From the NCBI GenBank assembly GCA_965279375.1, contig OZ257156.1, forward strand, positions 4,384,001-4,448,000: a DNA stretch of 64,000 bases. The letters run 5' to 3'. This DNA comes from Gemmatimonas sp. GTDB lineage: Bacteria; Gemmatimonadota; Gemmatimonadetes; Gemmatimonadales; Gemmatimonadaceae. A program made the position numbers and the translations under genes. The notes below the pieces were generated by a model that worked only from the letters and a program-made list of their open reading frames with translations, was not told where the DNA came from and did not search any database. Shown here one piece after another: positions 38,538 to 50,847 of this stretch (position 1 is the first letter of the stretch; every line of letters starts with the position of its first letter).

Positions 38538-39980
38538 TTACGGCTTGGCCGCAGGCGGCGGCGTCGGGGCCGCGCCAGGCGCAGGAGCGGCGCCGGCCGG
38601 TGCTGCCGGCGGTGTCTTCGCCTTCGTGCTGTCGGCCGCCGCGCGGACCGCCTTGGCCTTCTCCACGACCTTGTCGAGGCCCGCATCGTTCACGGAGTAC
38701 TCGTACTTGGACTGGAGGGCGCGGGCGATCGGATACGGCACGTCGACGAACTGCACTTCGCTCTTGATCAGCTTGTCGAAGAAGGAGCCGATGCGGAACG
38801 CGGCGATCTTCTCCGCGCTGCCGCCGGCCGGCGTCTTCGCACTGTCGGCGAGCTTGGACGGCTCGACACCGAGCGCAGTCCAGCTAGTCACGAGCGCCTG
38901 CTTGTAGTTCAGATACAGGTTGGCCAACTCCGCCGTGTCGATGACGGCCTTGGCGCTGTCGGCCTGCTTGAGCACCAGCTCGTTGCGCACGATCTGCTTG
39001 ACGAACTTCTCGACCAGCGTATCGGCGGCCTGGAGCAGCTGCGGGCGGATCTGCGACTGCGGCGGGTACGCGGCCAGCCAATCGGCGAATTCGGACGCCT
39101 TGAGCTCTCCACCCGTGTAGGTGGCCAGCTTCTCGTCATCCTTGGAATGGCCGAGCGGGTCACGCGCGATCGCCTTGGCCTTCACTGCGACGCCACTGAT
39201 GAGCGCCACCTTGTTGGCCGTCTCGACCTTCGCGAGGTACGTGCTCTCGGCGATGGCGACGTTCCGCTGCTTGGCGACCGGGGCGAACTTGGCCGCGATG
39301 TCGGCGTACGGCGAACGGTAGATGATGTGGTAACCGAACGACGTGGCGCACACCGGCGAGATCTCGCCCGGCTTGATGTCGGCCACGCACTTCTCGAACT
39401 CCGGCACCATCATGCCCTTGCCGAACAGGCCAAGGTCACCGCCGCGCTCGGCCGCGCCCGGCTCATCGCTCTTGGCGGCGAGCTTGACGAAGTTGGCCGG
39501 CGTGGCTTCGGCGCGAATGGCCTCGGCCTTCTTCATGGCGACGGCCTTCTGCTCCGGCGTCGCGCCAGCGTCCACCTTCACGAGGATGTGACGAGCAGCG
39601 TACGCCTCACCGGCGTTGTAGCGCGCTTCGTCGGTACCCGGCGTGGCGGCGTCCCAACCCTTGGAGACCTGATCGTAGAACTTCTTGACGCGAATGTTGT
39701 CGATGTTCGACCACAGCGCGTAGTCCATCGTCTTCTTGTCGTTGATCGAATCGCCCTTGGCACCGGCGAGCCCGACCAGCTGGTAATTGACCCACAGTTC
39801 GGCGATCGAGCGCGCCACGTCCTTCTCGAGCGGCGCCTGGGAGTTGCCGAGGATGTCGGCCAACCGCGCCACCGACAGCTCTTCCTTGCCGGCCGTTGCA
39901 GCCACATCCGGATTGGACGAGGCGCCACAGGCGACGGCGAAGGCAACGGCGGCGAACACGGGCAAGCGGTATGATTTCAT
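38538..39980 (-). CDS. Parvulin-type peptidyl-prolyl isomerase lipoprotein (PrsA-like)
   Basis: AVAC lipobox; ARHILV, GGDLG, FGYHII. Confidence 0.88.
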   Translation of the reverse strand: MKSYRLPVFAAVAFAVACGASSNPDVAATAGKEELSVARLADILGNSQAPLEKDVARSIAELWVNYQLVGLAGAKGDSINDKKTMDYALWSNIDNIRVKKFYDQVSKGWDAATPGTDEARYNAGEAYAARHILVKVDAGATPEQKAVAMKKAEAIRAEATPANFVKLAAKSDEPGAAERGGDLGLFGKGMMVPEFEKCVADIKPGEISPVCATSFGYHIIYRSPYADIAAKFAPVAKQRNVAIAESTYLAKVETANKVALISGVAVKAKAIARDPLGHSKDDEKLATYTGGELKASEFADWLAAYPPQSQIRPQLLQAADTLVEKFVKQIVRNELVLKQADSAKAVIDTAELANLYLNYKQALVTSWTALGVEPSKLADSAKTPAGGSAEKIAAFRIGSFFDKLIKSEVQFVDVPYPIARALQSKYEYSVNDAGLDKVVEKAKAVRAAADSTKAKTPPAAPAGAAPAPGAAPTPPPAAKP

Positions 39981-40048
39981 CGAGTCAGACTCCGGCACCG
40001 GAGTGAAGGTGTAAACGTGGGACCCAGAAGACAGCCAACGGGTTGCCT

Positions 40049-43000
40049 TCAGAGCGCGAGGGCACGCAAGGCGCGCACCAGTCCCTCGAGCATTTCCGCG
40101 CCCCCCAATCGGGTCAGTTTGAGCGCCAGCGGTTGCGTTCGTTTGACGTCCACCTGGAACTGGACCCCATGGAATGCCGCTGACAGACCCTTCAGGCGCG
40201 GAACTGCATCAGCCCTGAAACTAACACGGGCTTCCGACGCTCGCACAAGCACCCCTTCCACGCCGAGGGAGGCACCGATGACCCGCAGCATGGCGCTGCC
40301 GAAGAGCGCCGCGGCCGCCGTGGGGAGCGGACCGAACCGGTCCCGGACCTCGCCCTGCAGCGCCTCGATATCGGCCGGCAGCCGCATCGCGGTGAGGCGG
40401 CGGTAGACGTCGAGCTTGGCGTCCTGCGAGGTGATGTAGTCATCCGGGAGGTAGGCCGGGTAGTCGAGCGAGACGTCGGCCGGGATCCAGGACTTCTGCC
40501 CGTCGCCCTGGCTCAGCTGCGTGACCGTTTCGTCGAGCAGGCGCAGATAAAGGTCGAATCCGACCGCATGCACGAACCCGGACTGCTCGGGTCCCAGCAG
40601 GTTGCCGGCACCGCGCATCTCGAGGTCCTTGAGCGCCACACGGTACCCCGAGCCGAGCTCGGTGTGGTGTTCGAGCACGGCCAAGCGACGCTCGGCGTCG
40701 TCGTCGATGCGGTCGGGTACGAGGAGGTAGCAGTACGCCCTGCGGTGGGACCGTCCCACGCGACCGCGCAGTTGGTATAGCTGGGCAAGACCCAAGTGAT
40801 CGGCCCGGTTCACGAACATCGTGTTCGCGTTCGGGACGTCGAGCCCGCTCTCCACGATGAGGGTGGAGACGAGGATGTCGATCTCGCCTTCGACGAACTG
40901 CCGCATCACCGTTTCGAGCTCGCGCTCCTTCATCTGCCCGTGGCCCACACCGACGCGTGCGCGCGGCACCAGCCGTTGCAGATGATCGGCGATGGCCAGG
41001 ATCGTTTCGATGCGATTGTGCACGAAGAAGACCTGCCCGCCGCGATCGAGTTCGCGCGAGATGCCTTCCTCGATGAGGCTGTCGTCCCACGGCTCCACGA
41101 ACGTGAGCACCGGCGAGCGGTCGCGCGGCGGCGTGGCCATGATGGTGAGGTCGCGCAGGCCCGCCAGCGACTGGTGCAGCGTGCGCGGAATCGGCGTCGC
41201 GGTGAGCGTGAGCACGTCGGTCTGCAGTTTGAGCTGCTTGAGCCGTTCCTTGTGCTTCACGCCGAAGCGATGCTCTTCGTCCACGATGATCAGGCCCAAG
41301 TCATCGAAGACGACGTCCGGGCTGAGCAAGCGATGCGTGCCGATGACGACATCGATCTGCTTCTTCTTGAGCGCCTCGACCACCACGGCCTGTTCCTTGG
41401 CGGTCTGAAAGCGACTCATCACTTCCACGCGCACCGGGAAGTCGGCGAAGCGATCGCCAAAGCTGCGGGCGTGCTGTTCGGCGAGAATGGTGGTGGGTAC
41501 CAGCACCGCCACCTGTCGCCCGCTCTGCACCGCCTTGAACGCAGCGCGAATGGCAATTTCGGTTTTGCCGTAGCCCACATCGCCCACGAGCAGGCGATCC
41601 ATCGGACGTTCGCCTTCGAGGTCCTTCTTGACGTCGGCGGTGGCCTTGCGCTGGTCGGGGGTGTCTTCGAACAGGAACGAGCTTTCGAGCTGACGCTGCC
41701 ACGCGCCGTCGATCGCATGCGGCGGACGTGTGGTGACCTTGCGACGCGCGTACAGCTCGAGCAATTCCTGCGTCATCTCGAGAATCGCCATGCGCGTCTT
41801 TTCGCGCTGCTGCTTCCAGCGATTGCCACCCAGCTTGTGCAGGCGCGGCGCTGGCGCGTCGTCCGACACGTCGCTCGCGCTCCGATACCGCTCGATCTGA
41901 TCGATGCGATAGAGCGGCACGTTCAGTCGATCGCCGCCCTCGTACTCGATGACGGCCGCTTCGATCGTGCTTTCGCGCACGAAGATGCGTTCGATGCCGC
42001 GATAGATGCCGATGCCATGCTCGAGGTGCACGACGTAGTCGCCCGGCTTGAGCGCACCGAGTGTATCGAGTGCGGCACCGGTACCGTACTTGCGCGTGCG
42101 CCGCATGCGGCGATCACGACGAAAAATCTCGTGATCGGTGAGCACGCGCACGACGTTGGGCACGATGAAGCCGCCGCCCAGAACACCGATGGTCAGCGAT
42201 GCCGCGACCGGTCCGTCTTCGCCCAGCAACTCTTCGAGTCGCTCAGCCTGACCTGCATTGTCGCAGAGAATGATCGTGTGCAGGCCGTCGCGCTGCAGGC
42301 GGCGCAGCACGCGCAGATCGCGCGAGATCGTTTCCGGCGCGCGCATCGGGAACGCGACGTCCGGCTCGGGCGCGTTGGGTGTGGTATCCGCGGCCGACGC
42401 GCTCGCCGCGCGCTGCGGCGGCGGATTGAGACGCACGGTGCCGAAGCGCGCCATGCGCGACGCCATCGTCGGCGGCGTCTCGAACAACGTGTCGCGCGAG
42501 ATGGTGCCTTCGCCGCGACGGCGCGCCAGCTCCGTGTGATGCGCGGCCTCCTCGTACGTGCGCACGAACTCGGGCAGCACCGAGCTGCCCGCCGGCATGA
42601 TCACCAGCGCATCAGGCGACCAGAGCTCGGGGAGCGTGATGCGTTCGAGTGTGCCATCGTCGTCGCGGACGCGCCCGTCGACGGGCAGTACCAGCGCCAT
42701 CGCGGCGTCGCGCGTGCTGCGCTGCGAATTGAGATCGAAGTGACGCAGCTCGATGACTTCATCGCCCCAGAACTCGAGACGCACCGGTTCGGCCATGCCG
42801 AACGAGTAGATGTCGAAGATGCCGCCACGGACGGAGAACTGGGCGACGTCTTCCACCATCGGCACACGTTCGAAACCGATCGATTCGAGATGGGCCGACA
42901 GCTCCTCCGGGCGACGAACGTCGCCCTTGCGCAGTTCGAGGCGCGCACCGGAGAGCGCGCGCGGCAGCGGCGTCTTCTCGAGCACCGCGCGCGACGTCGT

Positions 43001-43360
43001 GAGCAACAGGCGCACGCCGCTGCTCACCAGCTTTTCCAGCGTCTCCACGCGCTCGCCTGCCACTTCGGCGTGCGGCTCCACTTCGCCAAAGCCTTCGCGC
43101 GGCGGATAGAGCGCGACAGGGAGATCGCTGACGATCGATTCGAGATCTGCCAGCCAGCGTTCGGCGTCTGAGAGCTGGTCGGTGACGATGACCACGAGGC
43201 GCTGCGGCAACGCGCGCGCGAGTGCGGCCACGAAGACCGCGTCGCTGGATCCAGCGAGACCGCCAACACGGAGACTCTCCCCGGGACCGGGGAGCGCACG
43301 CAGAACCCGCTCGAATGCAGGAAGCGCCTCGACGGCGTCGAGGAGGCGAGGTAAAGCCAT
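40049..43360 (-). CDS. mfd: Transcription-repair coupling factor
   Basis: GDYVVHLEHGIG, GDVGYGKT, DEEHRFG, TATPIPRT, QLRGRVGR, TRCF C-terminus. Confidence 0.98.
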   Translation of the reverse strand: MALPRLLDAVEALPAFERVLRALPGPGESLRVGGLAGSSDAVFVAALARALPQRLVVIVTDQLSDAERWLADLESIVSDLPVALYPPREGFGEVEPHAEVAGERVETLEKLVSSGVRLLLTTSRAVLEKTPLPRALSGARLELRKGDVRRPEELSAHLESIGFERVPMVEDVAQFSVRGGIFDIYSFGMAEPVRLEFWGDEVIELRHFDLNSQRSTRDAAMALVLPVDGRVRDDDGTLERITLPELWSPDALVIMPAGSSVLPEFVRTYEEAAHHTELARRRGEGTISRDTLFETPPTMASRMARFGTVRLNPPPQRAASASAADTTPNAPEPDVAFPMRAPETISRDLRVLRRLQRDGLHTIILCDNAGQAERLEELLGEDGPVAASLTIGVLGGGFIVPNVVRVLTDHEIFRRDRRMRRTRKYGTGAALDTLGALKPGDYVVHLEHGIGIYRGIERIFVRESTIEAAVIEYEGGDRLNVPLYRIDQIERYRSASDVSDDAPAPRLHKLGGNRWKQQREKTRMAILEMTQELLELYARRKVTTRPPHAIDGAWQRQLESSFLFEDTPDQRKATADVKKDLEGERPMDRLLVGDVGYGKTEIAIRAAFKAVQSGRQVAVLVPTTILAEQHARSFGDRFADFPVRVEVMSRFQTAKEQAVVVEALKKKQIDVVIGTHRLLSPDVVFDDLGLIIVDEEHRFGVKHKERLKQLKLQTDVLTLTATPIPRTLHQSLAGLRDLTIMATPPRDRSPVLTFVEPWDDSLIEEGISRELDRGGQVFFVHNRIETILAIADHLQRLVPRARVGVGHGQMKERELETVMRQFVEGEIDILVSTLIVESGLDVPNANTMFVNRADHLGLAQLYQLRGRVGRSHRRAYCYLLVPDRIDDDAERRLAVLEHHTELGSGYRVALKDLEMRGAGNLLGPEQSGFVHAVGFDLYLRLLDETVTQLSQGDGQKSWIPADVSLDYPAYLPDDYITSQDAKLDVYRRLTAMRLPADIEALQGEVRDRFGPLPTAAAALFGSAMLRVIGASLGVEGVLVRASEARVSFRADAVPRLKGLSAAFHGVQFQVDVKRTQPLALKLTRLGGAEMLEGLVRALRALAL

Positions 43361-43432
43361 CAGGACGTACTCAGTACGGGAACAGAACGAAAACGAGCAG
43401 AGCCGGCGCGCGCGATCGGGATCTGTCGCGCA

Positions 43433-45403
43433 CTATGCCGTGCGAGGAGCGGAAGGGATGCGGTCGCCGCTGGCGGGACCGCCTTCCGATGCGCCGCCCG
43501 AAAAAGCACCGCGGGCGAACCACGCCTCCAGCAGCAGGGCACCCAGCGCGAGCGCGAGCAGGATCGTCAACAAGGGGCGACCGGCCGCCTGTTGGAAGAG
43601 CTGGGTGCGCCACACATCTGGACTGGCCACCGAACTCACGGTGCGCCCACTCACGCGCGACAGGAACCCGTTGGTTCCGACTGCCCCCTGCCCCACGTCT
43701 GACTCCTCCGCCTCCGGATTGATGACGAGCGCCCCAACACGAGCCGCCTGCCTGCGCAGAAGATACACCCCCGCCTCGGCTGGCACGGTCAGTCGATCTC
43801 CTGTGAGCTGAATGAGCGTGCCGTCGGATCGTTCCAGCGCACTGACGCCGCCAAAGCCGCTCAGCAGCTGCCCGGGATGCGCGGCGATGAGCTCGCCGTC
43901 GTCGCCCAGTCGGCGAGAGAGCGATTCCAGCAGCCACGGCACGAACCCCGCGCGAAGCGGCAAGTCGGTCGCCTCAGGGGCCAGCGGCGAGCCGATGATC
44001 ACGTATTGCTCGCCGGCGACCACCCACGGTGCCCCGCCCGCCGTGGCGAGCGTGTCCGTTCGCGTCGCGGCACCGCCGGAACCGGGAGAGCGCACGAGCG
44101 GAAAGCGTACGCGCACCGAGGCACCGTCGAGCGCACCGGCGGGCGCGGCTGCACCCGTCGCGACCACCGCCCGGGTGGCGTCGGTGGCGTGCGCGAGCAC
44201 GAGGTCGCGTGCGATCGCGCCAAAGCGCCAAGGGATACCGAGTCGGGCGAGCGTGCGATTGGCCTCACCGACTCGCACCGGATCGGTCGGCGCGGTGAGC
44301 AGAACGGGACCGCGAACATTTGCGGCATCGGCGCCGCTGACGGCGACGACGCCCGGTGCACCCTCGGAGCCGCGCCCGAGGCGCTTCTCCTCCACCAGCG
44401 TGGTGAGCGCCGCATTGAGAAACGGCCCTGCCTCACTGCGCACGGCCACCGACGGCGGCGGCGCCACGCGAACCGCGAACCATCGCGTGTCATCGCCCCG
44501 CAATTCATCGGCGTCGAGTTCAACGCTGCCTCGCACCCACCCCGTGCTGCCGCTGGCCAACTTCTGCGCGATGCGCGTGGGCGAGCCGAGCGAACCAGGG
44601 GCTGCCGAACCACGCGCGACGGTACGGCCGTCGAGCGTGACGCGCCACGGAGTGACATCGGCCGCGGTCACGGCGAATTGCACGGCCCCCGACGGCGTCC
44701 AACGCGTGGGGGACGCCTGTGCGTCGAGCACCGCATGATCGCGCAGCGCGCCGCGCGGGCGCACGAGCGCGATCAGCGGCACGTCGCCCACGACCAGGGC
44801 GCTGTCGGCGGCGCTGCCGAAGGCGTTCTGCTGGCCGTCGCTGACCAAGGCGACGGCGGGTGCGCGCGGCGCGCCGCTCTTGGCCAGCGAGACCGCGCGG
44901 CGCGTGGCACTCGCGAGATCCCCGCGTCCGCCCAGCGGTTTGAGTCCGCGCAACACTTCCTCGAGCGCAGCCGGCGATCCTCCCACCACACGGCCGTCAG
45001 CCATGACGATCCACGCGCGGTCGTCCTGCGTGAGCGTCCCGACCAGGCCGAGCGCATCGGCGCGGATGTCGTCGAGCGCCTGCTTGCCATCGCGCACTGC
45101 GCTGCTGCTCATCGAGTTGTCGACGAGGATGGCGAGCGACAGTGGCGCGTGTCCGAATCCGGCGAGGTTCGCCACCGGGCGTGCGGCGGCCAGCGCCAGC
45201 GCGAGCACCGCGAGGATGCGGAGAATCAGCAGCGTGCGATGCCGCAGCTTGAGCTCGCGGCTGTGCTCCTGCTCCATGCGCGTGAGATAGCGCACGGCGG
45301 GAAAGTCCACACGTCGCACGACCCGACGACGCAGCAGATGCACGGCCAGCGGAACACCAACAAGCGCAGCGAGACCAAGGAAGAGCGGGGCGAGAAACGC
45401 CAT
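43433..45403 (-). CDS. BatA N-terminal + vWA domain membrane protein
   Basis: F.AP.FL...P...HL, ARP, MIDAS-like DNSMSS, SDGQ; C-terminal TM. Confidence 0.85.
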   Translation of the reverse strand: MAFLAPLFLGLAALVGVPLAVHLLRRRVVRRVDFPAVRYLTRMEQEHSRELKLRHRTLLILRILAVLALALAAARPVANLAGFGHAPLSLAILVDNSMSSSAVRDGKQALDDIRADALGLVGTLTQDDRAWIVMADGRVVGGSPAALEEVLRGLKPLGGRGDLASATRRAVSLAKSGAPRAPAVALVSDGQQNAFGSAADSALVVGDVPLIALVRPRGALRDHAVLDAQASPTRWTPSGAVQFAVTAADVTPWRVTLDGRTVARGSAAPGSLGSPTRIAQKLASGSTGWVRGSVELDADELRGDDTRWFAVRVAPPPSVAVRSEAGPFLNAALTTLVEEKRLGRGSEGAPGVVAVSGADAANVRGPVLLTAPTDPVRVGEANRTLARLGIPWRFGAIARDLVLAHATDATRAVVATGAAAPAGALDGASVRVRFPLVRSPGSGGAATRTDTLATAGGAPWVVAGEQYVIIGSPLAPEATDLPLRAGFVPWLLESLSRRLGDDGELIAAHPGQLLSGFGGVSALERSDGTLIQLTGDRLTVPAEAGVYLLRRQAARVGALVINPEAEESDVGQGAVGTNGFLSRVSGRTVSSVASPDVWRTQLFQQAAGRPLLTILLALALGALLLEAWFARGAFSGGASEGGPASGDRIPSAPRTA

Positions 45404-46311
45404 CAGAGCATCGCTCCGCGTCCGTTGGCACCGACGAGATGTCGCAGGGCGTGGCCATACGGCTGATCGGTCACGGCGAGCGCATAGCGTGCCCCTGCAC
45501 GGCCGAGCGCACCGCGCCATTCGGCCAACGCCTCCTGCACTGTGGCCTGATACGCCGTGCGCACGTCGCCCGGCGCGGCTGGCACTTCCACGCGCGTTTC
45601 CACGTCGCGGTAGAGCGCTTCGCCTGCTTCCGGGAAATCGCGCTCGGCGGGATCCATCACGTGCAGCACGAGCACCTCGTGGCCGCGGGCGCGGAGCGTG
45701 CGCGCGGCGTCGGCAACGGGCGTGGGGTCCACGAGCAGATCGGAGAGCAGCACCACGAATCCGGGGCGCCGCACCATGCGTCCGGCTTGCATCAGCGCCG
45801 AGGCGACGTCGGAGGACTCACCTCCGCCTGGCTCGCTGAAGGCAGCCACGAGTCGGCGCCATTGGGCGCGCTGGGCGCGCGGAGTGACGACGCTGCGCAT
45901 GCCGGCATCGAAGCGAAGCAGGCCGACGGCGTCGCGCTGGCGGATGAGCAGCAGGGCGACGGCGGCCGCGAGCCGTTCGGCATAGGCCAGCTTGGTGAGT
46001 CGAGCGGGATCGCCGGACCACTGCATCGACTTGCTGACGTCGAGCACGATCATGGCACGGGCGTTGGTCTCTTCCTCGAACTGCTTGACCACCCAGCGGT
46101 CGGCTCGGGCCGCGATGCGCCAGTCGAGATACCGCAGGTCGTCCCCGGGCATGTACGGCCGATGCTCGGCGAACTCGACACTGAAGCCTTTGCGCGGAGA
46201 GCGATGCATCCCGGTGATGAAGCCGTCCACGACCCAGCGCGCCACCAGTTCGAGGTGGCCCAGAGCGGCGAGGACGGCAGGGTCGAGCTGATCGGCGCGC
46301 GGAGTGGACAT
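45403..46311 (-). CDS. DUF58 (vWA-like) protein
   Basis: GMHRSPRKGFSVEFAEHRPY.PGDDLRYLDW, DVSKSM. Confidence 0.93.
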   Translation of the reverse strand: MSTPRADQLDPAVLAALGHLELVARWVVDGFITGMHRSPRKGFSVEFAEHRPYMPGDDLRYLDWRIAARADRWVVKQFEEETNARAMIVLDVSKSMQWSGDPARLTKLAYAERLAAAVALLLIRQRDAVGLLRFDAGMRSVVTPRAQRAQWRRLVAAFSEPGGGESSDVASALMQAGRMVRRPGFVVLLSDLLVDPTPVADAARTLRARGHEVLVLHVMDPAERDFPEAGEALYRDVETRVEVPAAPGDVRTAYQATVQEALAEWRGALGRAGARYALAVTDQPYGHALRHLVGANGRGAML

Positions 46312-46532
46312 GCGACTCGGTACGGGGAGACGGCGGAGATCGCTGAGAAACTACAGGCCGGACGGGGAATGTGCCCGGGCCGCCGATGGATAGTCATTCA
46401 TGAGTCGCTAATGCCGGCGTGGGACGAATACTCTCGACAGACTTCCTAACCAACCGTACGCTTCTCCCGTTGCGGTCTGCGGAAATAGCAGCTTCCCGGA
46501 CCCGGAAAATCCCGCATTGAGCGGAGGTATTC

Positions 46533-48038
46533 ATGCGCAGGGTACGAGGATGGGCCGCGGTGGCGGCTGTAGTCGCAATGACGGCGCCGATGGTTGGCGT
46601 GAATGCTCAGCAGGTGGCGCCAAAAGTCACGCTATTCGGCGGCGGCGGAGTAGCGTCGTACAAGGACTGGCCCGGCACCACGCTCAGAGTCGATCAGGAT
46701 GCGTACGTGACGGTGTTTGCGGTGACGCGTGGGCGTCGGGATTTCCCGATCGCCGTGCTGTCGCCGACCTCTCCGGGCAGCACGAACAAGTTGAAGGCCG
46801 GTCGCAAGTACGGCGTGCGTTCGCTCACGTCCACGCAATTGCTGCATCTGGTGGATTACGGTGAAGCGCCGATCGTGGTGGCGTTGGCGTCGACGAGCCG
46901 CCCGAATCTCGAGGCGTTCATGGACCGCGGTGGATGGGGAAGCGATCTGCTCGTCTCCGACAGCACTGTCGTCGACGTGCAGGGGCTGGTGAAGGCTTTG
47001 GCGCAAGCGGCGTATCCCGCTGGCTCGGCATACACGGCCGAAGTGCAGACGCCGTCGAATCCCATTCCGACCTCGTATCGCGCGTCCACGTGGCAGTTCG
47101 AGCAGCCGTGCGGTGGTCAGACTTCGCAGATCGAGGCGGATCGTCAGCGCGTTGCGTTTCTCTCGGGGTACGGGACCGATCTGACCATCTCGGAGGCGCA
47201 GAACTTTCTGTACCTGATGGGCGGCGTGCAGGGCGGACTGATCCCGGGAACGCCGTATCTGGTGTCTGGTGGAAACCGCGTCAGCATTGAGCCGTCACGC
47301 ACCTACATCGGTTCGCTGAGCGGATGCAGCGGGTATCGCGTCGCCTGGTGGCCGCGCGTGATCATCCCGCCCTCGCAGCCGACGCTGCCGGCGGGTCCGG
47401 CGCGGCTGCCGGCAGACACGGCCATCGCACCAGTGACCGACCGGGTGCGCGTGGGCCAGATCGAAGAAGTCGGGCAGCCGCGTCGCGGTGGGATCGAGGA
47501 GTTGGGACCGACGCGTTCCGGGCCGATCGACATGGACGGCGGCACGCGCCAGCCGCGTGAGCGCGTTGCGCGTGTCGTGGAGGATCCGGAGGCGTCAGCC
47601 TGGCGTCGCGGCGAAACCGGCAGTGAGCGTCGGTTCCCGGACGTACGCGACGTGCGTCGCGAGCGAGTGGCCGAGCAGTCGCTGGACGCGCAGGCGATTC
47701 TCTCCGAACTGCAGCGCGGTTCGCGTAACCGCACGATCGACGCGGGCACAGGCGTCATGGGTTCCGATGGCCGCATTCAGGTTCGCGCGGCTGCGCAGAA
47801 CGCCGGTGCGGAGATTCAGACTGCCAAGGAACGGGCCTGGATCGAAAACAACCAGACCAACACCAATCGCACCGCAACCGCTCCGGAGAACCGTCGGCGG
47901 GAGCGGGTGATCGAGGATGGGGCGCAGGTGCATGTGGCCCCGCCTGCTCCGGTCGCAGCCCCTGCACCGGCCCCGGTGATTCCGACGCCTGCACCTGCCC
48001 CGGTGCCGCCGCCGGCCAACGGCAAGCCGATTTCCTGA
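46533..48038 (+). CDS. Secreted hypothetical protein, DUF4384-like N-terminal domain and low-complexity C-terminus
   Basis: GGAGG RBS; signal peptide; VDQDAYVTVF...VLSP motif; PAP repeats. Confidence 0.65.
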   Translation: MRRVRGWAAVAAVVAMTAPMVGVNAQQVAPKVTLFGGGGVASYKDWPGTTLRVDQDAYVTVFAVTRGRRDFPIAVLSPTSPGSTNKLKAGRKYGVRSLTSTQLLHLVDYGEAPIVVALASTSRPNLEAFMDRGGWGSDLLVSDSTVVDVQGLVKALAQAAYPAGSAYTAEVQTPSNPIPTSYRASTWQFEQPCGGQTSQIEADRQRVAFLSGYGTDLTISEAQNFLYLMGGVQGGLIPGTPYLVSGGNRVSIEPSRTYIGSLSGCSGYRVAWWPRVIIPPSQPTLPAGPARLPADTAIAPVTDRVRVGQIEEVGQPRRGGIEELGPTRSGPIDMDGGTRQPRERVARVVEDPEASAWRRGETGSERRFPDVRDVRRERVAEQSLDAQAILSELQRGSRNRTIDAGTGVMGSDGRIQVRAAAQNAGAEIQTAKERAWIENNQTNTNRTATAPENRRRERVIEDGAQVHVAPPAPVAAPAPAPVIPTPAPAPVPPPANGKPIS

Positions 48039-48088
48039 TCGCGATCAACGCGCCGGCCATCGCACGAGCCGGTGGGAGCGGTGCAAGA

Positions 48089-48904
48089 ATGAAGACGGTT
48101 CGATCCGTCCGTGCGGCGCGAAATGTGGTGGTGAGCTTGCTGCTTGGCGCGGCGAGCTCCCCGCTGCATGCGCAGACGTCCTCGCGTGCAACAGAGGTCC
48201 CGAATCTCCGGTTGCAGGGCGTTGGTGGGGTGCGCTCCTTGGTGGACCTGAGCGGCGTATCCGTGTCGGTGGACAGCACCGCGTACGTGGCGGTCTTCTT
48301 ACTGTCCCCCGGGATGAGGGAATCCCCGTTGCAGGTGATCTCGCCGGCCACTCCGGCGACGTCGAGTCAACTCGCCGCGGGGCGTCGGCAGCGCACGTTG
48401 CCGCTCGCTGCGAGCGCGTTGCTGCGTCAGAGCTCGGCGGGCGAACCGATCATCGTCGCATTCGTCTCGACGGTGCAACCGAACCTGGACGTATTCCGGG
48501 ACGGGGATCGGTGGGCCACCGACCTGGTCGTGACCGACACTGCGGCCGCAGCGCCGTCTGCCTTGGTGCAGTCATTGGCCACGGCGCTGTTCGGAGTCGC
48601 GGCCACGCGTGGCGTTGTCGCGCCATATCGCGTCATGGTGCAGCAGCTCTCGTCTGCCCTGCCGCTCAACCGGTACGGCGGCGTGCCGTCCGCGTCCGAA
48701 TGTCTGTCGGAAATCGTGCGCACGGGCTGGTCGCCCGCCTTCGCGGAGAACTACGGCAACAGCGGCGAACTTCGACCGTTAGATGGCGGAAGCGGAGGCT
48801 GCAGCGGATACCGGGTGGACTGGGTCGCGCCGGCGCCTTCTGCTGGATCGAGCGCGGGCGCATCGGCTCAACCGCCCGCCCCTCGGGGATCGGGAAAGCC
48901 GTAG
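48089..48904 (+). CDS. Secreted hypothetical protein, paralog of the preceding gene
   Basis: Signal peptide; VDSTAYVAVF...VISP, PNL, W.TDL, CSGYRV.W shared with the upstream gene. Confidence 0.65.
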   Translation: MKTVRSVRAARNVVVSLLLGAASSPLHAQTSSRATEVPNLRLQGVGGVRSLVDLSGVSVSVDSTAYVAVFLLSPGMRESPLQVISPATPATSSQLAAGRRQRTLPLAASALLRQSSAGEPIIVAFVSTVQPNLDVFRDGDRWATDLVVTDTAAAAPSALVQSLATALFGVAATRGVVAPYRVMVQQLSSALPLNRYGGVPSASECLSEIVRTGWSPAFAENYGNSGELRPLDGGSGGCSGYRVDWVAPAPSAGSSAGASAQPPAPRGSGKP

Positions 48905-49007
48905 GCGAGCCGGGCGGAAACGGCATCCGATGCCGTCGCGTTTGAGGCAAAGGCGAGCGCCCGAGGACGGCGGTCGCCTTTTTCGTGGGTGATCCCGCTA
49001 TCTTCCC

Positions 49008-50840
<1,833 letters not shown>

Positions 50841-50847
50841 CCACGTC

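Noticed and set aside
40796..43171. 791-aa plus-strand ORF, and similar long ORFs at 731-2209, 11562-13100, 21231-23105, 38499-39974 and 43877-45466
   Set aside because: Antisense shadows of better-supported genes in high-GC DNA; no recognisable motifs
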